Virus record (IMG/VR): IMGVR_UViG_3300045988_176358
DNA length: 50,565 bases
Reading direction: 5' to 3' (one strand)
DNA from: a virus
The position numbers and the translations under genes are program-made. Positions 8,253-15,127 of this stretch are shown in pieces (position 1 is the first letter of the stretch; each line of letters begins with the position of its first letter). The notes under the pieces are model-generated. The model ran no database searches, had not been told where the DNA came from, and worked only from the letters and a program-made list of their open reading frames with translations.

Positions 8253-8888
8253 TCAGATTTCCTTTTCGGAGAAACAGAATCTTTCAACGTCTTTGAGGGC
8301 CATCATCAGCTTTTCTGTGCCACGAGGCTTTTTACCATACGCACGAATAGCACCGCCACGGCCAATGATGAGTTCACGCTTGCGAATTGTTCCGTCCTTC
8401 GTGACAGCAACAGCTTTTACAATCATGAAACCATCCGTATTGATGGAGTACTTTGTACGAACACCATCACGCTTTGCGTTGTCCCATTTTGTGATAATCT
8501 GCTTGAGGTCAGCATATGTGGCAAGCTGCTTTTCAGTAGCAGTACCATCGTCATCACGCTTGACAGGCTTTTTCTCCTTTTCAGGCTCAGGCTCCTCAGC
8601 TGCCTTAGAGAAATCAACAGTCACCGTTTTATTTGCCGAATTTTCCTCTGTGTGGGCTTCTTCTTTCGTAGGAGTAATTTCACCCTCTGATTTTTCCACG
8701 ACCACCATGGGTTCAGCAGCTCCGCTGGATGTGACTCGCTTCGCGGTGAACTCATGAATATCCGTGCCGTTCTTTTGGCAGATATCCGCAGCAGCCTCTT
8801 CGGCCTTGATAGCGGTCTCAGCTTTTACAGAACCAAGAAGCTCAGTCTCAGAATAGATGTTGAAATAATACATACGAACGCGTGCCAT
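8253..8888 (-). CDS. Hypothetical protein with an acidic linker.
   Basis: ATG 8888 (MARVRMYYFNIY) has RBS TGGAGG 7 nt upstream and lies downstream of promoter 8929..8956. The ORF-track N-terminal extension to 8999 would cover that promoter. Confidence 0.75.
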   Translation of the reverse strand: MARVRMYYFNIYSETELLGSVKAETAIKAEEAAADICQKNGTDIHEFTAKRVTSSGAAEPMVVVEKSEGEITPTKEEAHTEENSANKTVTVDFSKAAEEPEPEKEKKPVKRDDDGTATEKQLATYADLKQIITKWDNAKRDGVRTKYSINTDGFMIVKAVAVTKDGTIRKRELIIGRGGAIRAYGKKPRGTEKLMMALKDVERFCFSEKEI

Positions 8889-8928
8889 TTTTATACCTCC
8901 AGTTTTAACAGGTTTCCCTACAATTATC

Positions 8929-8956
8929 ATTGTACCGATTTTACAATAAATGTAAA
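8929..8956 (-). promoter_or_regulatory. Early promoter of the conserved family.
   Basis: Minus strand: gTCTTTACA (-35 at 8951..8956), 16 nt, TACAAT (8929..8934), then gataaTTGTAGGG. Confidence 0.6.
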
Positions 8957-8968
8957 GACTTTTCAAAT

Positions 8969-9214
8969 TTATTTTTGCTCGATGTGAAGAATATCCCAAA
9001 TTTCTTTACGAAATCTGTAATGCAACCCAACGACTGACATCACCTGACTATGCAATGCGGGATTGAGTTTCTGTAAACGATACTTCATGTGCCAACCAAC
9101 AGTGCTCAGTGGGACATTGAACTTTTGAGCAACTTGTGAATAGCTTGCAAATTTCAGGATTAAATAATGCGCTTCTTGCTCTACAAATGTGTCGTCATAT
9201 TTTTGTCTCATCAT
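8969..9214 (-). CDS. SpoIIID-like helix-turn-helix DNA-binding protein.
   Basis: 81 aa from ATG 9214 (RBS AAAGGGG). VAQKFNVPLSTVGWHMKYRLQKLNPALHSQV aligns by eye with B. subtilis SpoIIID IAKEFGVSKSTVHKDLTERLPEINPDLANEV. Confidence 0.55.
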   Translation of the reverse strand: MMRQKYDDTFVEQEAHYLILKFASYSQVAQKFNVPLSTVGWHMKYRLQKLNPALHSQVMSVVGLHYRFRKEIWDILHIEQK

Positions 9215-9227
9215 TGTAATACCCCTT

Positions 9228-9884
9228 TCATGCACCAATGCTTCGCTTATCCATGCAGGATTTGCCATCGTATACACCCTGCTCATACACATCTTTACGG
9301 AGGAAGCCTTTTGTTGTCAAACCACCCTTATGGTTTTTCAGTGATGGAAACTGCTTAGAGAATTCTTGTTTAACATCTTCAGGAACAACAAGAACAAGTG
9401 CAGTACACTGAACATCCAGCTTCTGTCTAATGCCAGAAAGAAATCCGGAAACATAGCTATTGAACACATTCTTTGGGTCTTCACAATTTCGACGAGCCTG
9501 AGCAACACACCTATCACCCATTTTCTTTGCAAAATGATATGCGTATTCAAAAGCAGATTTTGCTACCTTGGCATCTTGAGCCCAACCGAAAAATGCAACC
9601 TGTTTATTTTCAAGAAGAATTGCCTTGCAACGGAAATTGCGAGCAATAATCGTAGCAAGCTGACAGCGGAATCCTTTGTCTCCTTTGTGAACGCAAGTCT
9701 CAAGACCATACGAAACTTTGTCTTGAACACCATCCACCATGCTTGTTTCGACACCATATTGTGCCATCAGTTCTTGAGCTTTAAGAAGTGCAGCCTGAGC
9801 TTCTTCTTCACTATTATTGCGAGCTTTGTCTGCGAGAGCCAAAAGTTTTTGAATTTTCTTGACGATTGCTTCATTCATTTCCAT
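9228..9884 (-). CDS. DUF2786-family protein.
   Basis: The N-terminus IVKKIQKLLALADKARNNSEEEAQAALLKAQELMAQYGV is the DUF2786 signature as I recall it. RBS AAAGGAG. Confidence 0.7.
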   Translation of the reverse strand: MEMNEAIVKKIQKLLALADKARNNSEEEAQAALLKAQELMAQYGVETSMVDGVQDKVSYGLETCVHKGDKGFRCQLATIIARNFRCKAILLENKQVAFFGWAQDAKVAKSAFEYAYHFAKKMGDRCVAQARRNCEDPKNVFNSYVSGFLSGIRQKLDVQCTALVLVVPEDVKQEFSKQFPSLKNHKGGLTTKGFLRKDVYEQGVYDGKSCMDKRSIGA

Positions 9885-9939
9885 GATACATTCTCCTTTG
9901 TGATGTCATTTTAAGAGCCATCCGCTCTTTACAATTATC

Positions 9940-9968
9940 ATTATACCGATGATATTGCGAATTGTAAA
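9940..9968 (-). promoter_or_regulatory. Early promoter of the conserved family, flanked by a 10-bp inverted repeat.
   Basis: Minus strand: TTTACA (9963..9968), 17 nt, TATAAT (9940..9945). CTTTACAATT (9927..9936) and AATTGTAAAG (9960..9969) are perfect inverted repeats. Confidence 0.65.
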
Positions 9969-10110
9969 GACCTTTTGCAAGATTTTTACAATTTATTTTT
10001 GTGGCTTCCCACGACCTTGCCTCACTGGCTGTGAGGTGGTTTCGGCTGGTTACCATCCAGCTCTCATCAGGCGGGTGTTTGGGTTTTCAAATCTGACAAC
10101 CAGTTTCAGC

Positions 10111-10263
10111 TCACTCAAAGAATGTGTTCTTCGGTTCTAATACATAGTCGTTCGGATTTTTCCAGTATTCATCTTCAATTCTTTTCAGCGCCTCATCATA
10201 GCTGTTCGCAACAACATCAACAACTGCTTTATGAATTTCTGTGATAGTGATTTTGTAGTTCAT
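10111..10263 (-). CDS. DpnD/PcfM-like small protein (paralog A).
   Basis: 50 aa from ATG 10263: MNYKITITEIHKAVVDVVANSYDEALKRIEDEYWKNPNDYVLEPKNTFFE. This is the Y.V.I.E......V.A.S.EEA pattern of the DpnD/PcfM family. It is a paralog of 41312..41464. Confidence 0.7.
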   Translation of the reverse strand: MNYKITITEIHKAVVDVVANSYDEALKRIEDEYWKNPNDYVLEPKNTFFE

Positions 10264-10306
10264 AGTATTTTCCTTTCTGCCCTCGTTACCTCCGGGGCGG
10301 GTGTTA

Positions 10307-10444
10307 TTAGCACGGGCTTTCAATGGTATAATTGCCTTCTCCGAACATTTCATCGCCGTATTCTTTCGCTTCTACATAGCTTTCAAAATCCTGCGGCATT
10401 TCATCAAGGTCATTCGGGAATACTGTACAAAACCATTCGTTCAT
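10307..10444 (-). CDS. Small acidic hypothetical protein (45 aa, my own translation).
   Basis: MNEWFCTVFPNDLDEMPQDFESYVEAKEYGDEMFGEGNYTIESPC. It is the first ORF after promoter 10530..10558. The RBS is weak. Confidence 0.4.
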   Translation of the reverse strand: MNEWFCTVFPNDLDEMPQDFESYVEAKEYGDEMFGEGNYTIESPC

Positions 10445-10529
10445 TTTCTTTTCTCTCTTTCTCCCCGTGTGGCCGATAGGACAGCCTTGTTTTTTATTTC
10501 TGAAGTTATCTCCTCTTCCTTACAATTAC

Positions 10530-10558
10530 ATTGTACTCCTATTGCAAGAAAATGTAAA
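10530..10558 (-). promoter_or_regulatory. Early promoter of the conserved family.
   Basis: Minus strand: TTTACA (10553..10558), 17 nt, TACAAT (10530..10535), then gtaaTTGTAAGG (10518..10529). Confidence 0.65.
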
Positions 10559-10603
10559 GACCTTTTGCAAAAAATTTTCAAGAAATTTTGCAAAAGGTCT
10601 TTT
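10556..10603. terminator. 17-bp perfect inverted repeat; candidate bidirectional terminator abutting the -35 box.
   Basis: AAAGACCTTTTGCAAAA (10556..10572), 14-nt loop, TTTTGCAAAAGGTCTTT (10587..10603). T-rich sequence follows on both strands. Confidence 0.55.
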
Positions 10604-10710
10604 GTGTATCGTTTAATAGCTTTTTTGTGTCCGTTCGTACTCAGATATGAGGTCTTCAAAGCAAGACACGGTCTGTGAATTTCATACCTGCGTAAACCTG
10701 TCGTTCAAAT

Positions 10711-10848
10711 TCACTCATGCTGTACGCCCTCCTTCGAAATTTCCCAATCCGATGGAATTTTTGTTTGCAACGTACAATTACCATTTTCATCTGCAAATCT
10801 ACATTTATCGCAAGTTAATTGCTTATCGCAATAACCTGCAATAATCAT
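10711..10848 (-). CDS. Small Cys-rich hypothetical protein (45 aa, my own translation).
   Basis: MIIAGYCDKQLTCDKCRFADENGNCTLQTKIPSDWEISKEGVQHE. It follows the stop of 10859..11224. The RBS is weak. Confidence 0.3.
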   Translation of the reverse strand: MIIAGYCDKQLTCDKCRFADENGNCTLQTKIPSDWEISKEGVQHE

Positions 10849-10858
10849 TGCTGCTTTT

Positions 10859-11224
10859 TCAGCTCTTGTCTTGTTTATCCAAAACATTCTGCATGCCCTC
10901 CCTCTTCCAACACTTCACAAATTCGCAATGCCCATCAAGTGGACAACCCGCACACCTATCATCGGTTAACGGGTATCCATGAATACCGCAGTCGTCGTCC
11001 ATAAGTGCGCCGCAGTTGGGGCAGTAATTATCAACAATTCTCACATGGCGGCAATGAGAGCAAGTACCAACCTCATGCCCGTTTTCTTCATGGAGTTCTA
11101 TCCACTCACCATGCACCACCGGAGCAGCGTCGATGGTGGGTTCTTGGCTCAACCTTTTGATGAGTATCTCGAAAATTTTATATACTGCGATTTCTTCTTT
11201 TTCTCCGGTTTTAATATCAAGCAT
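10859..11224 (-). CDS. Hypothetical zinc-ribbon protein.
   Basis: 121-aa ORF with CSHC...CPNC plus a further Cys/His cluster. Confidence 0.65.
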   Translation of the reverse strand: MLDIKTGEKEEIAVYKIFEILIKRLSQEPTIDAAPVVHGEWIELHEENGHEVGTCSHCRHVRIVDNYCPNCGALMDDDCGIHGYPLTDDRCAGCPLDGHCEFVKCWKREGMQNVLDKQDKS

Positions 11225-11254
11225 ATCCTGCCATTTTTCGACAGCGCATCCGCA

Positions 11255-11497
11255 TCAATCAACCTTGCCATTGTCTTCTCCTTTCAGCGGTCTGCCGCAC
11301 ATGGGGCAGTAGTTTGCTTCTGGAATCGCGTCATGCAATGCGGAAACAGCACTGAGGCAGTAACACCAATCGCAACCCTTCTCCCGGTCAATGCGCTCTT
11401 GGAGGGCGGAGATTGCAGCATCACATGCTTCCTTTGCTTGGGTCCCCACCATCATCTTCAAGCCTGTGAATATGGCAATCGCTTTATGGTCAGTCAT
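11255..11497 (-). CDS. Hypothetical zinc-ribbon protein.
   Basis: ATG 11497 (MTDHKAIAIF...) has RBS GGAGAG 7 nt upstream (the ORF extends to 11512). CDWC...CPMCG. Confidence 0.65.
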   Translation of the reverse strand: MTDHKAIAIFTGLKMMVGTQAKEACDAAISALQERIDREKGCDWCYCLSAVSALHDAIPEANYCPMCGRPLKGEDNGKVD

Positions 11498-11544
11498 TTT
11501 CATTCTCTCCATTCACAATCTTATCGAATCGTCCAACTCAGCCT

Positions 11545-11892
11545 TTACAGCTCATCTTTTACAGGCATAAACTCAATGTTATATTCCTTGAGCTTCTGCT
11601 GAAGAGCAAAGTCAGCAACTCCCTCTCCTGCTTCTGAGCTGTCGTTGCTTGCTACAAATTGTGCATACCATGGTTCTACAGTGTTGAGCAGCTCGTTTTG
11701 TACACGCATTATGGTCCTTACAGAAAGTCCAGCCTGCAGCATTGCCAAATACATTTTGTTTCGAGAGCGATTCACAATATCTGCAGTTTGTTTTCTTAAC
11801 TCTCGTATAGCTGTATCTTTGGCAATTGTTGTAAGTGTATCAAGTATTCGACTGTTCTGCTTTGCAATCACATGTTTCTGATTGCACTTCAT
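11545..11892 (-). CDS. Hypothetical protein.
   Basis: ATG 11892 has RBS AAGGAGG 9 nt upstream (the ORF extends to 11982). It overlaps the end of the upstream gene by about 50 nt. Confidence 0.55.
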   Translation of the reverse strand: MKCNQKHVIAKQNSRILDTLTTIAKDTAIRELRKQTADIVNRSRNKMYLAMLQAGLSVRTIMRVQNELLNTVEPWYAQFVASNDSSEAGEGVADFALQQKLKEYNIEFMPVKDEL

Positions 11893-12097
11893 TGTCTTCA
11901 TCCTCCTTAGAACATGGTACTGCTTCTTTACGAGCGCCAACAATGCACTGACAGCCACATCTAGGGCAATCAAAAGCATCATACAATGTAGCTGATGTAA
12001 AAGAAAATAGACCAGCTATTTCTCTTGCTGTGTATCGATTTACTGCCAATGCCTCAAACTCATTTCCACATACACTACACTTGATAAATTCTTTCAT
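11840..12097 (-). CDS. Hypothetical zinc-ribbon protein.
   Basis: 85 aa with CSVC...CPRCGC. RBS GGAGGG. ATGA overlap with the upstream stop. Confidence 0.65.
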   Translation of the reverse strand: MKEFIKCSVCGNEFEALAVNRYTAREIAGLFSFTSATLYDAFDCPRCGCQCIVGARKEAVPCSKEDEDNEVQSETCDCKAEQSNT

Positions 12098-12351
12098 TGC
12101 TTTTCACCCTCCATAATAAGTTGTTTTACATGTTCAAAATAGGTCTGTGAAATCTCTTTATACATTGAACTGCTACATTCATCACATTTAAAGTACCTGT
12201 ATGGAATTGTTGCATACTCTTCATGAGTCTGTAAATCAGATGCAAATACAACTTTTAAAAAATGTAAAGGCTCTCTGTTGATGTGCTCTATAATAAACAC
12301 ATCATATAATCTGTTGTTTAACAATAACATGCTGCCATGTGCTTTTGACAT
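12094..12351 (-). CDS. Hypothetical protein.
   Basis: 85-aa ORF with RBS GGAGG 7 nt upstream. Confidence 0.65.
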   Translation of the reverse strand: MSKAHGSMLLLNNRLYDVFIIEHINREPLHFLKVVFASDLQTHEEYATIPYRYFKCDECSSSMYKEISQTYFEHVKQLIMEGEKQ

Positions 12352-12364
12352 AATGATACCTCCA

Positions 12365-12958
12365 TCATTTCTTATTTTGTTTTCGGCTCGATGTGTACCT
12401 CACACAGCTATATTGTACTACTCCTTTCTCTGTTTGTAAAGAGGTTTTACAAAAATTTTTTACACTTTTAATGATTCTGCTCACATAGCTTTGGGACAAT
12501 CCACAGTATTTAGCAATATCAGCTTGGCGTTTTCCATTCATATACATGCATACAATGTTTTTATCACGTTCATTTTTGATGTGAGACAATGCTTGCTTCA
12601 TCAACATTCTTGTTTCAAGCTCAGAGATGCGGTCAGATGGGTCTCCTAGAATATCTTTAAATGCTGTATCGCCCTCTGTGGCTGGTACTGAGTCCTCAAA
12701 ATACAAACTGGGTTTTATTTTGTTTTTATTTCTGCGCCATTCTTGTTTCACTTCATTGAGCATCACAGTGTAAGCATATGTCATAAATGGGATGCCCTTT
12801 TCCTTTGTATAGCTTCTCGCTGCTTTGCACAATCCAATAGCAACAATATCGAAATAGTCTTCATCTAGATTCTGCTTTTGCATAAAATAGTATATGTATC
12901 TGTAATGCTGCTCTGCAAGTTCACGCTGAGCGTCTGTCAGTTTTTCCACGCATTTCAT
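12365..12958 (-). CDS. Phage-encoded sigma-70-family RNA polymerase sigma factor (regions 2 and 4).
   Basis: Region 2-like: DIVAIGLCKAARSYTKEKGIPFMTYAYTVMLNEV. Region 4 HTH: RQADIAKYCGLSQSYVSRIIKSV. The ORF reaches 13006, but promoter 12984..13012 lies inside that extension. The start is probably ATG 12958 or GTG 12949. Confidence 0.8.
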   Translation of the reverse strand: MKCVEKLTDAQRELAEQHYRYIYYFMQKQNLDEDYFDIVAIGLCKAARSYTKEKGIPFMTYAYTVMLNEVKQEWRRNKNKIKPSLYFEDSVPATEGDTAFKDILGDPSDRISELETRMLMKQALSHIKNERDKNIVCMYMNGKRQADIAKYCGLSQSYVSRIIKSVKNFCKTSLQTEKGVVQYSCVRYTSSRKQNKK

Positions 12959-12983
12959 CTCCTCAGTTTTATTACTTGAGCTT

Positions 12984-13012
12984 ATTATACTCTCTTGGAA
13001 ACTCATTGTAAA
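12984..13012 (-). promoter_or_regulatory. Promoter of the sigma-factor operon (left half of a divergent pair).
   Basis: Minus strand: TTTACA (13007..13012), 17 nt, TATAAT (12984..12989). Confidence 0.6.
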
Positions 13013-13044
13013 GAGGAAAAATTTTAAAATTTTTACAAAAAGTC

Positions 13045-13073
13045 TTTACATTTATGTTGCAAAAGAGTACAAT
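13045..13073 (+). promoter_or_regulatory. Promoter of the conserved family (right half of a divergent pair).
   Basis: gTCTTTACA (13045..13050), 17 nt, TACAAT (13068..13073), then ataaATGTAAGG. Confidence 0.65.
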
Positions 13074-13116
13074 ATAAATGTAAGGTCACTTACAAATAAA
13101 TTCTGGAGGTAACAAA

Positions 13117-13281
13117 ATGGAACTGATTGTAAGACAAGGAACAACAAAAAACGGAGAGGAATATAAGGTGAAAATGCTTTATGACCATTACATCCTATAC
13201 ATTGAAAACAGCTTCTATTGTACGGGTGATAACATGAGGGAGATTCTTGATGAGCTTGAATACTACGAAAATCAAAAGTGA
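13117..13281 (+). CDS. Small hypothetical protein (54 aa, below the ORF-track cutoff).
   Basis: MELIVRQGTTKNGEEYKVKMLYDHYILYIENSFYCTGDNMREILDELEYYENQK. RBS TGGAGG 7 nt upstream. It has its own promoter and terminator. Confidence 0.7.
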   Translation: MELIVRQGTTKNGEEYKVKMLYDHYILYIENSFYCTGDNMREILDELEYYENQK

Positions 13282-13286
13282 AAAAC

Positions 13287-13317
13287 GAGGCCTCTCTTCG
13301 GAGAGGTCTTTATTTTT
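13287..13317 (+). terminator. Rho-independent terminator.
   Basis: GAGGCCTCTC-TTCG-GAGAGGTCTT followed by TATTTTT. Confidence 0.8.
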
Positions 13318-13900
13318 AGAAAATCGTCAAAAATCGGCGTAAAATTGGAGATGAAATCGTCAAAAATCGGTGAATTATTGCAACCTATTTTACAAAAAAA
13401 TCGGCGTTGTAAACGCAAGGAATTTATTGTAAAGATTTACGCCGATTTTTTTCTCGTGCTCGCGTCTATAAACGGATTCTAAAAAATCCTCAGAACCTTT
13501 TCTGAAAAATCGGTGAAAAAGGGTTTAAAAATCGGCGTAAAATTGCGAACGAATTTTCAAAAATCGGCGTTTTATTGCAACCTATTTTACAAAAAAATCG
13601 GCGCGAAAAAATTGCTGTTTTACAATAAAAAGTTACGCCGATTTTTTTATTATACTATTATTTATAAATAGAATAAATAAAATAATAAATAAAAATAGAA
13701 TAATATAAATACGTATATATAAAAAAGTGGACGAAAAAAATCGGCGTAAAAATTTCGCAATTTCATGCCAAAAATCTACGCCGATTTTTTTGTAACAGTC
13801 CCTCCAATAAAATACCGATTTTTGAGGTTTTTCCTTGTAAATAAAATCGGCGTAAAATTGCGAGTTACACCGAATTTTAAAAATACCCCTCAGAATTTAT
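13318..13900. repeat. Iteron-like array of the AAATCGGCG motif in both orientations around an AT-rich core. Candidate replication origin; a packaging site is the alternative.
   Basis: - Seven perfect forward AAATCGGCG copies: 13331, 13398, 13529, 13561, 13595, 13738, 13844.
- Three perfect reverse CGCCGATTT copies: 13440, 13636, 13779.
- Degenerate copies (AAATCGGTG, AAATCGTC) are also present.
- One 32-bp perfect direct repeat: 13375..13406 and 13572..13603.
- A nearly pure A/T stretch spans 13645..13730. Confidence 0.75.
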
Positions 13901-14200
13901 TGGAGAAAATTTCTGAAAAAACGACGATTTCAGAAAAATCACGTTAAATTTTGAGCGAAAATAACTTCAGTTTATATTTCATCAAAATTATACTAATAGT
14001 AGTATTCTGTGACGACAGGACTTTCTGGCTCACGCCTTTTTACGGACGTGCGTCCTGTGCTGATGTCTTTCGACATGTGTGGACTTTTTGGCTTCTCTGG
14101 GTATAATTACTATTCTGGGCTACACATCGTCTGTGGGATGAATTTTGGATGCCTTAAAGAGAAGTATCTCTAAAGTATCATTTTTCGGTAAAAAATGGTC

Positions 14201-14229
14201 TTTACACTTGTCGGGTTATAGAATATACT
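14201..14229 (+). promoter_or_regulatory. Promoter of the packaging/structural operon.
   Basis: gTCTTTACA (14201..14206), 17 nt, TATACT (14224..14229), 44 nt upstream of the terS ATG. Confidence 0.6.
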
Positions 14230-14251
14230 ATCTCTTAAAGAGATAGTATAT
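14223..14251. promoter_or_regulatory. 29-bp perfect palindrome overlapping the -10 box (operator or 5'-leader hairpin).
   Basis: ATATACTATCTCTT-A-AAGAGATAGTATAT: 14-bp arms around a single central base. Confidence 0.7.
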
Positions 14252-14272
14252 TTAAAAGAGAGGAGGGCTGTG

Positions 14273-14986
14273 ATGAGTGCTTTCAAAAAGATTGTCGGTC
14301 GTAAGGTTTTCATAGATTTCACTGGCATTCCTGACAAAGAGCTTGACGGTTATACAAGAAACATGCTTGAGAACTGTAGAAAAGCTCACATGCGTGAAAA
14401 AGCTCTCAAAGCAATCTTCCCGTATCAGCATATTCTGGGTAAACGACGAATTGTAGAAGACCCTGCACAGATGCAAGAGCTGATTGATGAGTATTGGAAC
14501 TCCTGTGAGGGACCACTCATTGACAAGTACGGACAAGTTGTACGTGATGACGATGGGCATATCATTTATGTACAGACAAAGCCTTATACACTTTCCGGGT
14601 TGGCTTCTGCAATTGGGATGAGTACTCATGTATTGCGAAACTACAATTGGAAGAGTCTTGCTGGAACTGTACATCCAGAGTTTTCTGAAGTAATTATGCG
14701 TGCTCGGCAAAAGGTTCAGCAATATACAGAAGAGCGATTGTTCGACCAGAATGGACAACGTGGTGCTCAATTTATGCTTCAGGCAGGGTTCGCATGGAAC
14801 ACCAAACGGGAGCAATCAGAAATTGCACGGAACATTGCTTCCATCAAGAAAATGCAACAAGATTTTGAACTGCAAAAGAGACAATTGAAGCTCAAAGAGA
14901 AATTGCTTGAAGCTGGGGAACTGGAAGACAATCAAGTGACAATAAACATCGTTAGAGCAACAAAGAAAAACAAAGACGAAGAGTAG
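14273..14986 (+). CDS. terS: Terminase small subunit.
   Basis: KPYTLSGLASAIGMSTHVLRNY (HTH) and ...RARQKVQQYTEERLFDQNGQRGAQFMLQAGFAWN match the Terminase_2-type TerS pattern. RBS AGGAGGG. Confidence 0.8.
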   Translation: MSAFKKIVGRKVFIDFTGIPDKELDGYTRNMLENCRKAHMREKALKAIFPYQHILGKRRIVEDPAQMQELIDEYWNSCEGPLIDKYGQVVRDDDGHIIYVQTKPYTLSGLASAIGMSTHVLRNYNWKSLAGTVHPEFSEVIMRARQKVQQYTEERLFDQNGQRGAQFMLQAGFAWNTKREQSEIARNIASIKKMQQDFELQKRQLKLKEKLLEAGELEDNQVTINIVRATKKNKDEE

Positions 14987-15005
14987 AGAAAGCAGGGTGA
15001 ACGCA

Positions 15006-15119
15006 ATGACAATTGGTGATGTATTCTTTAAGATGCTCTGGGAAACAGCATTCATCCTATTGGCAACAGTCGCAATCTCTTGGCTCGGGTTATACCTATA
15101 CGAAAGAAATAGAAAGTGA
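15006..15119 (+). CDS. Small membrane protein (37 aa, my own translation).
   Basis: MTIGDVFFKMLWETAFILLATVAISWLGLYLYERNRK. One TM segment; modest RBS. Confidence 0.4.
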   Translation: MTIGDVFFKMLWETAFILLATVAISWLGLYLYERNRK

Positions 15120-15127
15120 GGGGCAAT

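Noticed and set aside
8889-8999. The N-terminal extension of ORF 8253..8999, and similar track extensions at 2795, 3438, 8183, 9292, 11982, 13006, 43757, 44551, 46916 and 47703.
   Set aside because: Each extension overlaps the upstream gene or a promoter cassette and lacks an RBS. Internal starts with GGAGG-type RBSs directly after the upstream stop were preferred.
10301-10678. A 125-aa plus-strand ORF, and the 72-aa minus ORF 10441..10659.
   Set aside because: They cover the conserved minus-strand promoter cassette and the 17-bp inverted-repeat terminator. Neither has an RBS. The small minus-strand genes downstream of the promoter explain the region better.
10656-10718. A 20-aa ORF (MSEFERQVYAGMKFTDRVLL) with a strong GAAGGAGGG RBS.
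   Set aside because: It is too short to support from sequence alone. It is noted as a possible micro-ORF or leader peptide but is not called.
13318-13900. Possible CRISPR array (many short repeats of AAATCGGCG-containing units).
   Set aside because: The repeat core is only 9-19 nt. The repeats occur in both orientations with irregular spacing, and the sequences between them are themselves repeated. No cas genes are present. It fits iterons or binding sites, not CRISPR.
13765-13947. A 60-aa plus-strand ORF inside the repeat hub.
   Set aside because: It has no RBS and its sequence is built from the iteron repeats and A/T runs. It lies in the non-coding hub.
14252-14815. A 187-aa minus-strand ORF opposite terS.
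   Set aside because: It is antisense to a terS gene with a clear HTH and conserved C-terminal motif and an AGGAGGG RBS. It would start inside terS and end in the late promoter.
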